Positions 38,226 through 49,237 of a DNA stretch of 64,000 nt are shown here, piece by piece. The position numbers and the translations under genes were made by a program. The notes beneath the pieces are model-generated. The model ran no database searches. It had not been told where the DNA came from and saw only the letters and a list, made by a program, of their open reading frames with translations. Position 1 is the first letter of the stretch; the number at the start of each line of letters is the position of its first letter. Origin of the DNA: Felis catus (taxonomy: Eukaryota); the NCBI RefSeq assembly GCF_018350175.1, contig NC_058368.1:146322001-146386000 (forward strand), written 5' to 3'.

Positions 38226-39153
38226 TACACTGTGAGTCTATAAGGTGTTTTTGAGAATGGTGGCTTTGGTTATTGGAGAATTATGTATTTAATTCATCTG
38301 TGTTGATGATTAATGGAACTTTTATTGTATTTCTTTATGGTTGGATTAAAACATGACAGTATAAATGGGCTTATTGAATATATCTAAATCTAGGAGGAAA
38401 AGTTTATAGTGTTCTTTGTAATTAAATTGTCCCGTTAGGGTTTGAGGATGGCCTTTCTTCTGCATATTTTAGTTCTCTTTTTCAGAAATGTTATATTGAA
38501 CTAATTAAACACACACACACACACACACACACACACTATCACACAAAAGTATTTTTCCATGAAATAGAGGTAGCTGCTACTCATGTTAAAAAGGATCATA
38601 GATTGTTGTTGGCAATGAGAAAGAAATCGTATTTAATCCAAGACAGGGTGGTTCCTCTAGGTTGCTCACTGATGAGACAATAACAATGGAAAAATTTGCA
38701 TCATTGCTCTTTCTTGCTCTCTGTTAAATTGTGAACAAATTCTTTTTGTGATCTTGTTTTTGTGTTGATCTCACAGGTTCAAAACATTCTGGGCTGATCT
38801 TTTTTCATTGATAGTTAATAGTGATGATGTTAGTTGTCTGCAAGAAATTGTTTTGTGTATATGTTCCAACTATAGTCATTATTTTCAGTACTCTCTGGTT
38901 TTATTTTTAGATTTTGTTCTAGTATTTCTTTCTTTTGTTATTTGCAATGTTCAGTCCATACCCCTGGTGGGGGCTGGGGGTAGAAAGAACAAAAAGCCTG
39001 AAAAGAGGTAGTTCTTATCCTAACTCTTTTTTTTTTTTTTTTTTTTTTTTTTTGGTCAGAGGATGTCCAGGGCATAATGAATGGGAGGATATAGGAAATG
39101 AATTTAGGATATAACCATAGACTCTGTAAGGCTGCAAGTACTGAAATACTACC

Positions 39154-39615
39154 TGTATTGGAGTTTTCCAGAGAAATAAAGTCAATATGTAAAGAGACAT
39201 TGTAAGGTATTGGCTTACACAATTATGGAGCCTGAGAAGTCTCACTATCTGACATTGAAGTCTGGAGATCCAGCAAAACTGATGGTGTAGTTCAAAGGGC
39301 TGAAGGCCAGAGAGCTGATGGTGTGGATTCCAGCCCAGGTCTGAAGACTTGAGAACCAGAAGTACTGGGGACAGAAAAAGATCTGTGTCCCAGCTTAAGT
39401 TGGCAGACAGAAAGTGAACTCAGCTTTCATCTGCGTTTTGTTCTATTTTGGCCCTCAACTGATTGCTTAGAGTAATCTGTTTTACTCAATTGCACCAATT
39501 CAAATTCGAATCTCTTCCATAAACACTCTCACAAACACACCCAGAAATAATGTCTAACTGGCTCTCTGGGCATGCAGTGACCCTGTAAAGTTGACACATA
39601 CAATGAATCATCACA
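39154..39615 (-). mobile_element. MLT2 (ERVL) solo LTR
   Basis: tgtattggagttttccagaga...cacacccagaaataatg...aagttgacacatacaatgaatcatcaca is the reverse complement of MLT2 termini. Confidence 0.85.
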
Positions 39616-41904
39616 CTTGCTTTAGTCAGTCTTGATATTGAGAGTCTGAATATGGTCCTATATGTTGGTATTTTGATCATATTTCGTGCTGCTACTATTA
39701 TCCTGAAAATATACTTATCCTGGGATTGATGTCCTTGTGAAAAATATTGAATACTATACTAATGGGCACAGTTTTGTAACACTTCTCGTCATAAATAATG
39801 GGTATATCCTATAAGTCTCCTCCGTATAAATCTCTTTGCAGAGGTGGACATTGCTTTATTCCTCTTTGTTGCTTTGATGTGTGTATTAGTATTTCATGAA
39901 AAGTTCCTCAAAAACGTTGGTTGAATTAAATTATAAGAATGAATGGTTCCTTGAGGCTATATGGTAATCTTCTTAAATACCATCTATATAATACCTGTGA
40001 ACTAGGATAGATAGATTGGGCAGTAGCATTGTCCCAAGATTTTGAAGTTCAAAGATTAGTCACTGCTTGTTGGTAAGGGAACTTCATCTAGACTATAATA
40101 TTTATCTCATGTATATCTTGTTTTCCATTTAAGTACAAAGAATGTGGATAAAATATGGAAGGAAATCTGAAATTTTTAGGGTATTTTATAACATATTCTA
40201 TTTTTCTTCCTATTTTTAGCTTTAGCTAAGAGGAAGATATGCATAGGAAGAAAGACATGGATGAAGAACAATCAGAATTTAAATCTGACTGTCAGTCTTC
40301 CATAGACATTTAGGTCTAGGAATTGACTCTTACAGCCAATTTAATTGTTACATTGACAACCTCAGAATTTAAAGTAGACTTTGAATTTATGCTCATTAAG
40401 CACAGATGTTGCTAAGATCTATAGTTGTTAAAAATGAAAATCTCAGTTAAACATATGTTAAATAATTTGTTTTTGAGGTAGCCAGTCTAATAGATACTCA
40501 ACTGCGGAAAATATTTCTAGATTCTAGAGCCAAATTGGTCAATTTTCTTAAGATCAGTAAGAGGAAGTGTATACAGAGTTGAGGATAGAGGTATGTTAGG
40601 AATAACCATACAAATGAGAGTATTTGGGTTAAGGGGAAGGTAGGTACAGATTGGAAAACCACCTCTTTTGGCCACTCAGTAATGCCTGGTTTCTAGCTCC
40701 TGTGACTGCTGTATGATGAACTGAAAGCTTAGCTCTGTCCAGTTTAGGAAAGCAACCTAACCTCATGGGAATGTCTTTGTTTTGCTTGCTTAAAATCACC
40801 ACTTTGGTAATTGTAAGGGGACATGGAATATGACATTTACTGTCCTTTAATACATAGAATCCCTTTGGGAAGAGTTTATTTCAAAAGCCATCCTCATAAT
40901 CAATCCTTATGTAATTTTTTTCTTTTTTTTGGCTTGTGCCTTGATCCAGTTAGTAATGCTTGGGTAGCAAATTTGAGTTTATCCAAAGCATGAATTTATA
41001 AAAGACTGCCATAAACTTGAGGCTCACCCACCTGTTTAAAAATTAAATAAACTCTTTGGAGCTACCTTTCCCAAAAGGAGCTCTGTATGTGACAGGCACA
41101 CCAGGCATTGTGGCCTCCTTCTTCAGTTTATAGCCAAACACTGATTTATAAAATCATTGTAATTTTTAAAGAGTCTACATTCTACAGTTTTCTGAACTAT
41201 TAAGGGGAATGCTTTTTTCTCCCTTAATAAATTATAACCTTGACAGTGGCAAAACATTTCTCATAGTTGAACATACGTCTTTGATCTGACCTTTTGAGTC
41301 ATACAATCAGAGAAAAATTATCCTTTTAAAAGTATGAAATACTCATTTTGCATCTGACATTATTTCCCCATGGCTATAACTCTTCATATAACTCTGTATC
41401 TCACTGTATACTCTGTTTTCAGATTGCTACCCTTTCTTCCACTGCACCCTCACTTTAGTTTTAGGGATTTATCCCTTAGCACCCCATTGAATAAATTGAA
41501 ATTATTATATTGTCAAAATACAGTAACTGCTATACCATTTGGACATTTTTGGCAATGAGTAAGTATTCTCATTTGAGAGCTACTTTATAAGAAGTAGGTC
41601 ACAGAAATGCAACAACAGTATGCCAAAACAACTGATTTCTTTTGGATTTAACTAAAACTAGGTTTCTGCTTTTAATATTTGCTTAACAGCAAGGTGCTAT
41701 TCTATGTAACATGACTTATTTACATAGTTACCACAAAACATTTGGTATTTCATGCAATAGCGACATTATTTCATTGAAACTAATTTTAGTACTGCAGTAT
41801 TTCACAATTTTTGTCTGGCTACATTTTTACCTTGAGCTTTTAAAAGCTCAAAATTCATGGTTGAGTATGATGGTTTATATAGATTTTTCTTTTTATAATA
41901 AATT

Positions 41905-42118
41905 AATTTTTTTTAAGTTCATTCATTTATTTTGAGAGAGACAGAGACAACATGAATGGGGGAGGGGCAGAGAGAGGGAGAGGAAGAGAATCCCAGGCAG
42001 GCTCTGCACTGTCAGCACAGAGCCCAGTGCGGGGCTTGAACTCACTAAACCTTGAGATCATGACCTGAGCTGAAACCAAGTGTCGAATGCTTAACCGACT
42101 GAGCCACCCAGGTACCCC
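41905..42118 (-). mobile_element. Carnivore SINE (first of a triple cluster)
   Basis: ttttgagagagacagag...gagccacccaggtacccc. Confidence 0.93.
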
Positions 42119-42135
42119 TTTAATCAATTAACTAA

Positions 42136-42322
42136 TTTTATTTGAGAGAGAAAGAGAGAGAATGAAGTGGGGAGAGGGGCAGAAGGAGAGAGAGGGAGAA
42201 TCTTAAGCAGGCTCCTTGCTTGGTGTGGAGCCTGCAGTAGGGTTCAGTCTCATGACTGAGATCGTGACCTGAACCGAAATCAAGAGTCTGACTCTCAACC
42301 AGCTGAGCCACCCAGATGACCC
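42136..42322 (-). mobile_element. Carnivore SINE (second of the cluster)
   Basis: tttgagagagaaagag...gagccacccagatgaccc. Confidence 0.9.
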
Positions 42323-42381
42323 TAGAGTTTTCTGAAATTAATCTATTAACATTGTAGGTCTTATACAATACTACTATTCTC

Positions 42382-42587
42382 AGGGCGCCTCAGTGGCTCA
42401 TTTGGTTAAGCATCCAACTTATGGCTCAGGTCATGATCTCATGGTTCATGAGCTCAAGCCCCTCTGTCAGCACAGAGCCTAGAGCCTGCTTCAGATTCTG
42501 TGCCTCCCTCTCTCTCTGCCCCTCCCCTACTTGTGCTGTTTCTGTCTCTCTTGAAAGTAAATAAAAATATATAAAAAATTTAAAAAA
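42382..42587 (+). mobile_element. Carnivore SINE (third of the cluster, opposite strand)
   Basis: agggcgcctcagtggctca head; flanks aatactactattct / aatactactctct. Confidence 0.92.
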
Positions 42588-42929
42588 TACTACTCTCTTT
42601 ACATTTATGTAAAGCATATAATCTTTCTGGCTTATCTTTGTATAACGTAGATTGCCTTGTACATAGACATAGTAGAAACTGAAGAAAGAATATTTCATTG
42701 AATTTCAAGTTTTCCCATAGGATTCTATAGAAATTTACTGACTATATACTTCATATATTTCTTATACTCTTTTAGTCTTAGAGCCAAGCTCAAAATCTGA
42801 ATTTATTACTATTGGCCCCAGAGAGACTTTTCTGTTAACTGATATAATGTCTGTAACATACTAAGTACTCAATAAATGTCACTTATTATTATTAAAAAAT
42901 GTTTTGATATAATTTGGTTTATTTCATCA

Positions 42930-43345
42930 CATTGATGGAACATATTCTCTGAATATTTCTTTATTATTTGGAAGACATAAAAATGTTGATTTTTGGTATC
43001 CAGCATTGCTATAGAAATCCAGTGCCATTTCACTTCCTGATCATTCACATGTAACTTTTTTTATTGCTCTGGAATCTTTTAGTATTCTCTTTTTGTCCCA
43101 AATGTTCCAAAATTTAATGTTACATCTTGATATGAGTCTTTTTCAAAAATCCAGTGTATTGGGGCCTTAGTGAACTTTCTATCTGGAAATCCAAATATTT
43201 CAGTTCATATATTTCTTCTGCTTTTTAAATTCTTTTTCTGTTTTGTTTTCTCTTTTGGCTAACTCTATTATGTGGATTTTAACTGATCCTGTACTGTACT
43301 TTTCCTCTAATTTTCTTATATTTTCTCTTATTTTCCATCTATTTA

Positions 43346-43383
<38 letters not shown>

Positions 43384-43450
43384 ATGAATTTTATTCTTTG
43401 ATACCTCAAGTCAGTATTATGGTTTCTTCTTGTTTTATATGAGCTCTACT
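42930..43450 (-). mobile_element. Degenerate L1M fragment, antisense
   Basis: gtatccagcattgctatagaaatcc...ctctggaatcttttagtattctctt is typical of antisense L1M 5' region. Confidence 0.45.
43348..43380. repeat. (GT)n microsatellite
   Basis: About 16 units; similar tracts occur near 17456-17500, 27975-28015 and 38509-38535. Confidence 0.95.
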
Positions 43451-44990
43451 ACAGGGGAGAGTGCCCTGTGAGGACCCCAAGGAAACATGGGTCTCACCTT
43501 GTTGGAGTACCTTCTGGTTGCTGTCTGCTTTCAGTCATTCTCCGATCCCTTGATAGGTTTTGTTTTTTGGTTTTGGGTTCAAAGTTAAACCCTCCAGGAG
43601 GGTTAGTCTTATACAACTTACTTTGCCATTACCTGAATTGGAACTACCTTAATGTTAATTCTTAATTACATTTTTCTTTGCAAGAAAATTCAGTTAAATA
43701 TTGTGTTCCCATCCATTGTGCCCTTCACTTCTCAAGTACAAAAGATAATAATTTTTACACCCTATAGGCTGCTTTCCTATTGATTATTCACTAAAAAAAA
43801 AAAAACCTTGAAAATTTAAAAATGTTATTTAGCCCAATAATTTGTTTTTATCTTTTCTCTAGATATATAAGGGAATAGATCAAAGTAAATATTATTACTT
43901 TTCTGTATAAATATTTTGGATAGAAATTTATTTGCTAGAGATCTGCCATTGAATTACTATAAGTAAAGTTTTTTTAGGATTCTTAGTAAATATTTTTGAA
44001 TGAAAAAAATGTGGCAGAAGAACTTTTAATCCATGGTTTAAAAAGATAATTATTGAACTTTAAAAATAGTTTGAAATAAATTCATAAACCATACAGAAAA
44101 ATGAGTGTATTTTGTCTTTTATGTCATATTGTATCATTTTATTTAAATTGAGAATTTAAAGATACTTGATACTTCTGTGATTTTTTTAAGGATCACTAGT
44201 TTGAGTATATTAGTTTATGATAATTGATTTTAAGGATATTGGAGTTATAGTTAACACAATAAGTTTTTATGAAAATATTTTGTGTTTAAAAAGTTTCTGA
44301 TGTCAATATAATGACTTTTAACCAGTCATGCTATTTCATCAAAAAACTATAGTTCAGTGCTTTGGGGGCAGGATAGGGAGGGTTGGTTGACCTTAAGTTT
44401 CTGAAATTTTTAAACGACAAAAGGCAAGAATTTTATAATCAGAAAAAAATATATAAGATTCTACTGTTTTAATTTTCCTGGAGAATGTTATGAGAGACCT
44501 GAACAATTGTTCCTTAACAGGATAAACTGATTTAAGTTCAGAAATAAATGACCTATGACATTTTATACTATGGTTTATTAACAGTTACATTTCTGAAGTG
44601 TCCCATAGCATGATATTTTATTGTAAGTTTTGTCCAGTGTTCTCTTGCTTACTGTTTCTGTGAGGCCTCGAAAGCAAAGCGACAGCAGTGATCCCAGCCC
44701 CAGTGAGATTTTTCTCTGTCAATAGTCGCTCTGGAATGCTACTGGGTAAAAGTAATCGCTTGTTTTTAGAAGACAAATCAAATTCTTACTGACTTAAGAG
44801 AACGGAGGTTTTTGTGCCCTTACGTGCTCTTTCTATTGTGGTTCATTTGCAAAATTCTTCATGATCAGTGCTTAGATATATAAAATCTTCTATAGGAGAA
44901 GTCATTATTTTGAATACAGCAATCACCATTGCTTGTGCTGGACCCACTGAAAATAAATTTCAGTATTGGGATTTTAAAGTAGAGATTTCT

Positions 44991-45215
44991 GGGGTGCTTG
45001 GGTGGCCCAGTCGGTTGGCCATCTGACATCGGCTCGGGTCATGATCTCACGGTCCCTGAGTGCGAGCCCATGTCGGGCTCTATGCTGAAGGCTCAGAGCC
45101 TGGAACCTGTTTCAGATTCTGTGTCTCCCTCTCTCTTTGCCCCTCCCACACTCATGCTCTGTCTCTGTGTCTCTCAAGAGTAAATAAACATTAAAAAAAA
45201 CAACAACAACTTTTA
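44991..45215 (+). mobile_element. Carnivore SINE
   Basis: ggggtgcttgggtggcccagtcgg head; tagagattt on both flanks. Confidence 0.92.
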
Positions 45216-45845
45216 AAATAGAGATTTTAAGGTTCCCATATACCGTATAATTGTTTTGACATGACAAAAGTATCAAAAATAATAAAATATAAGACTGAGT
45301 AAGCAGTTGAATTTCTATTTTTACCTATAGATTATTTGATGATCTTATCAGCTGGAGTGTAGAGAGTCTGATTAAAAATCAAACAAACAAACAAACAAAC
45401 AAACATAAAACCCCAAATAAACAATGAGAAACTTAACCAAAGAACATAAAAATAACCAGTGATTAGATGGAGAAACATAATGGTCCTAAATGGAGGAATT
45501 GCACTGTTAATTCATATTGGAAATAAGTTCATTCCTTATAAAATAATTTGAAAATGAATGTAATTCCAAGCAAAGTTCCTAGTAATTTTTAGTTGCTTTT
45601 TTCGTTTGTTTTTTGCCTTGTCTGAAATTCACAGTCAAAACTCTTGGGACATATTTGGCAAACTAGACAATACAATGCTGAAAAGGAATTGTGCGATGGA
45701 ACTTACTGTCTTTAATAATAAAACCTATTATAAAGCTGTGATAATTAAAAGAGCATTCTATCACTAGTAAAAGAATAGTGACTGATGAGACTGAATAGGA
45801 AACTCATTTAACTATACATAAATATATATTTTCTGTTTTTCAACA

Positions 45846-46045
45846 TTTTTTAAGGTTTATTTGTTTATTTTGAGAGAGACAGAGATAGCATGAGTGGGGG
45901 AGGGCTGGAGAGAGAGAATCCCAAGCAGGATCTACTTGCCAGCACAGAGCCTGACATGGGGATCGAGCTCACAAAACTGTGAGATCATGACCTGAGCCAA
46001 AGCCAAGGGTTGGATGCTTAACCCACTGAGCCACCCAGGTGCCCC
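45846..46045 (-). mobile_element. Carnivore SINE
   Basis: ttttgagagagacagag...gagccacccaggtgcccc. Confidence 0.92.
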
Positions 46046-46213
46046 AGTAAATATGTAGTTTCTAATAATGGTGGCATTTTATATCTATAGGGAGAGAAGA
46101 GATCACTGCATAAATGGTGAGAAAACATTGCTTATGTATTTGGAGAAAGAAATTAAAAATTAAAATATAGGTGAATAGTTACTTCTCTGATTTGTAAAGA
46201 CCTTAATAGGAAA

Positions 46214-46325
46214 CTTTTTTTTTTAAGATTTTATTTTTTAAGTAAACTTATCCAGTGTAGGGCTTGAACCTACAACCTAGAGTCAAGAGTTGCATGCTGT
46301 ACCAACTGAGCCAGCCAGGCACCCC
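46214..46325 (-). mobile_element. Short/old carnivore SINE
   Basis: gggcttgaacctacaacc...ctgagccagccaggcacccc; aggaaact on both flanks. Confidence 0.85.
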
Positions 46326-46736
46326 AAAGGAAACTGATTTTAGATTTTAAATACATTAAAATGTAAATGCTATAGAGCATTACTTACAGAAGTAATATTC
46401 GAAACAAAAAAAATATTTGCAGCATTGTTACCAAGTATTCACTCAGTTAATGAACATATTTTGAATCCCTGTTGTGAGCACGGGGAAAGGAGACAATAAC
46501 CATGTATAAATAAAATGATGTAAGATGATGAGAACTGCTGTAGAGATTATAAAATATTGTTTCTTAATACTTGTACTGTTGGCATTTCTTTGTAGGACTA
46601 TTTGGAGGATTCTGGAATGCTTATATCATAGTTAGGGTAGTCAAGAAACTGTAGAGGTAACATTGAACGGAGACTTGAATAAAATATAGGAGGATATAAA
46701 ATTCAGGTAGAACATTCTCGAGGAACATGCAAAGAC

Positions 46737-47080
46737 TGTTAGTTTCCTGTTACTGTTGTAACAAAGTACCACAAACTTTGTGGTTTCCTTTTTTTTTTTT
46801 TTTTCCAGCATCCAGAGGCTGTCAGCATTCCTTGGCCTTTGTCCACATCACTCCAGAGTCTGTTTTTATCATCACAGTCTTTGTTCAGTCTTATCTCCTA
46901 CTTTCCCCTTATTAGTACCCTGGTGATTACTTTGAGTCACCTGGATAATCCATGATAATAGCCCCATCTCAGGATCCTTGATTTCATCACATCTGCAATT
47001 TTCCATATAAAGTAATATTCACAGATTCTGGGCATTCGGATGTGGGTGTCACGGGTTGGCAATTATTCATCCTACCAGAC
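46737..47080 (-). mobile_element. MLT1 (MaLR) LTR
   Basis: tgttagtttcctgttactgttgtaacaaagtaccacaaac...cccatctcaggatccttgatttcatcacatctgcaa...gtaatattcacagattctggg. Confidence 0.8.
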
Positions 47081-47089
47081 CCTGATACA

Positions 47090-47585
47090 CTATATTCATT
47101 TTTCATTGCTATGGTAACACATAACCACAAACAATAGCTTAAACATCATAAATTCACTATCCCATGTTTCTGTAGATTAAAGGTCCAAAACAGGTAATCT
47201 CAGCTAAAGTCCATGTGTCTTCAGGACTGTATTTCTTTCTGGAAGTTCTATAGAAGAACCCCATTGCCTTACCTTTTTCCATCTTCTAGGATCCACCCAC
47301 ATTTTGGTTCATGGTGTCCTTCTGTCTTAAAAGCCAGAAATTTTGCATCTTTCTGTGCCTCTTTTCAAATTACATGTCCTTCTGATGGTACCTGAGAAAG
47401 GGAGTTCTCTGATTTTAAAGATTTATGTGAATAGATAGAGCTGATCCAGATAATCCACAATAGTCTCCTCATCTCCAGGTCTATGTCCTTAACACATTTT
47501 CAAAGTTTCTTTTCATGTAGAAAGTAACATATTTACAAGTTGTAGGAAGTAGGGTATAGACAGACATTTGGGAGGAGCACCATTA
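47090..47585 (-). mobile_element. MLT1 (MaLR) LTR, directly adjacent to the previous one
   Basis: ttttcattgctatggtaacacataaccacaaac...tttctggaagttctatagaagaacc...gtaacatatttacaagtt. Confidence 0.75.
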
Positions 47586-47824
47586 CATTTCGGAGAAGCT
47601 ATTACCTATGGGAATAATTGACCTGGTCAAGTATATAAAGAAAGCAAGTGGCTAGCAATAGCAAAGTTAGGGGCATGGTGAGAGCTGCAATTAGGTAGTC
47701 ATGGGCCAGATTATAAAAAGCCTTTTTATACAGTGGAGTATTTAAAGAGAAAATGGGATGTAATAAAATGAGGAAACAGATCGATGCTATGCTAAAGAGC
47801 TTTCTGGGATGATAGATTCTAGAT

Positions 47825-47973
47825 CTGTGCTATCTAATACAGCAACTACTAGCCCCATGTGGCTATTGAGCAATAAAATGTGGCTTGTGTTACTGAGAAG
47901 CTCAGTTTTTAATTCTAGTCAATTTAAACTTTCATAGCCCATGTGTAGGTAGTAACTGTTGGAAGCAGGACAG
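47825..47973. mobile_element. MER3-like hAT-Charlie element
   Basis: ctgtgctatctaatacagcaactactagccccatgtggctattgagca...aaatgtggcttgtgttactgag...atagcccatgtg. Confidence 0.75.
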
Positions 47974-48360
47974 ATACTACATATATTTTTGGAGAAACTG
48001 TGCTATGATAGAAACAAATGAACAGTAGCTAGAATCAGAGAGATATGGCATTAAGAAGGTTTTGTTTTGTTTTGCTTTTGTTTTTAGACTGGTAGTATTA
48101 AAGCATATTTGTACTACGTGTTGTTGAGTAACAGGTTATCACAAACTTGGCAGCTTGAAGCTATACACATTTATTAACTCATGGTTTCCATGGGTTAGAA
48201 ATTCAGGCAAGGCTTTGTTAGGACATACGAAAACTGCAATCAATCAAGGTTTTGGCCAGGGCTGCAGTCTCATCTTAAGCTGAAGGGTCTGTTTTTAAGG
48301 TTGTAGCACAATTCAATTCCTTGTAACCTGTTGGATTGAGGGCCTCAGTTCCTTGCTGGC

Positions 48361-48758
48361 TGTGATGGTTAATTTTATGTGTTAACTTGGATGGGCTAGG
48401 GTGCCTAGATGTGTAGTCAAACATTATTCTGGATGTTTCTGTGAGGAGGTTTTTGGATGAGGTTAACATTTAAATTAGTGTACTTAGGATAAAGCAGAGT
48501 GCCCTCCAAATAAGGGAGGGCTACAGTCAATCAGTTAAAGGCCCGAATAGCACAAAAGACTGACTTCGCCAGAACAAGAGGGAAATCTGCCAACAGATTT
48601 CATTGAGTCTTCCTAGACTTTCAGCCTGCTGGTTCACCCAGCAGATTTTGGACTTGCCAACATTCATAATCATGTCAGCCAATTACTTAGAATTAGTCTC
48701 TTCTTATATGTATAAATGTCTTATTGTTTCAGTGTCTATAGAGAACCCATCTAATACA
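48361..48758 (+). mobile_element. MLT2 (ERVL) solo LTR with 5-bp TSD, nested in an MLT1
   Basis: Starts TGTGATGGTTAATTTTATGTG and ends CTAATACA; TSD CTGGC at 48356-48360 and 48759-48763. Confidence 0.9.
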
Positions 48759-48981
48759 CTGGCTGTTGGTCAGAGGCCTCCCTTGGTTTTTAAATGATTA
48801 TTTGCCAGCTGTCACTCTTGGTTTCCTGCTGCATGGGCTTCTCCAGCATGGCTACTAGCAACATAAAAGTCAACAAGGAAAGAGTCCCTTAGCAAGATAG
48901 CTTTTACAATCTTATATAAATTAATCATTGAAGTGATGTGTGTCACCTTTGCTGTATTCCGTTTATTAGAAGTAAGACATA

Positions 48982-49237
48982 GGGGCGCCTGGGTGGCGCA
49001 GTCGGTTAAGCGTCCGACTTCAGCCAGGTCACTATCTCGCGGTCCGTGAGTTCGAGCCCCGCGTCGGGCTCTGGGCTGATGGCTCAGAGCCTGGAGCCTG
49101 TTTCCGATTCTGTGTCTCCCTCTCTCTCTGCCCCTCCCCCGCTCATGCTCTGCCCCTCCCCCGTTCATGCTCTGTCTCTCTCTGTCCCAAAAATAAATAA
49201 ACGTTGAAAAAAAAATTTTTTTAAAAATAAAAAAAAA
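48982..49237 (+). mobile_element. Young felid SINEC_Fc-type SINE with internal 22-bp duplication
   Basis: Near-consensus and CpG-rich; TSD AGAAGTAAGACA(T/C)A (48968-48981, 49238-49251). Confidence 0.95.

Noticed and set aside
39025..39053. Long poly(T) runs (also 53032-53054 and 12144-12168) as retroelement tails
   Set aside because: No attached element body or clear TSD; homopolymer expansion is sufficient.
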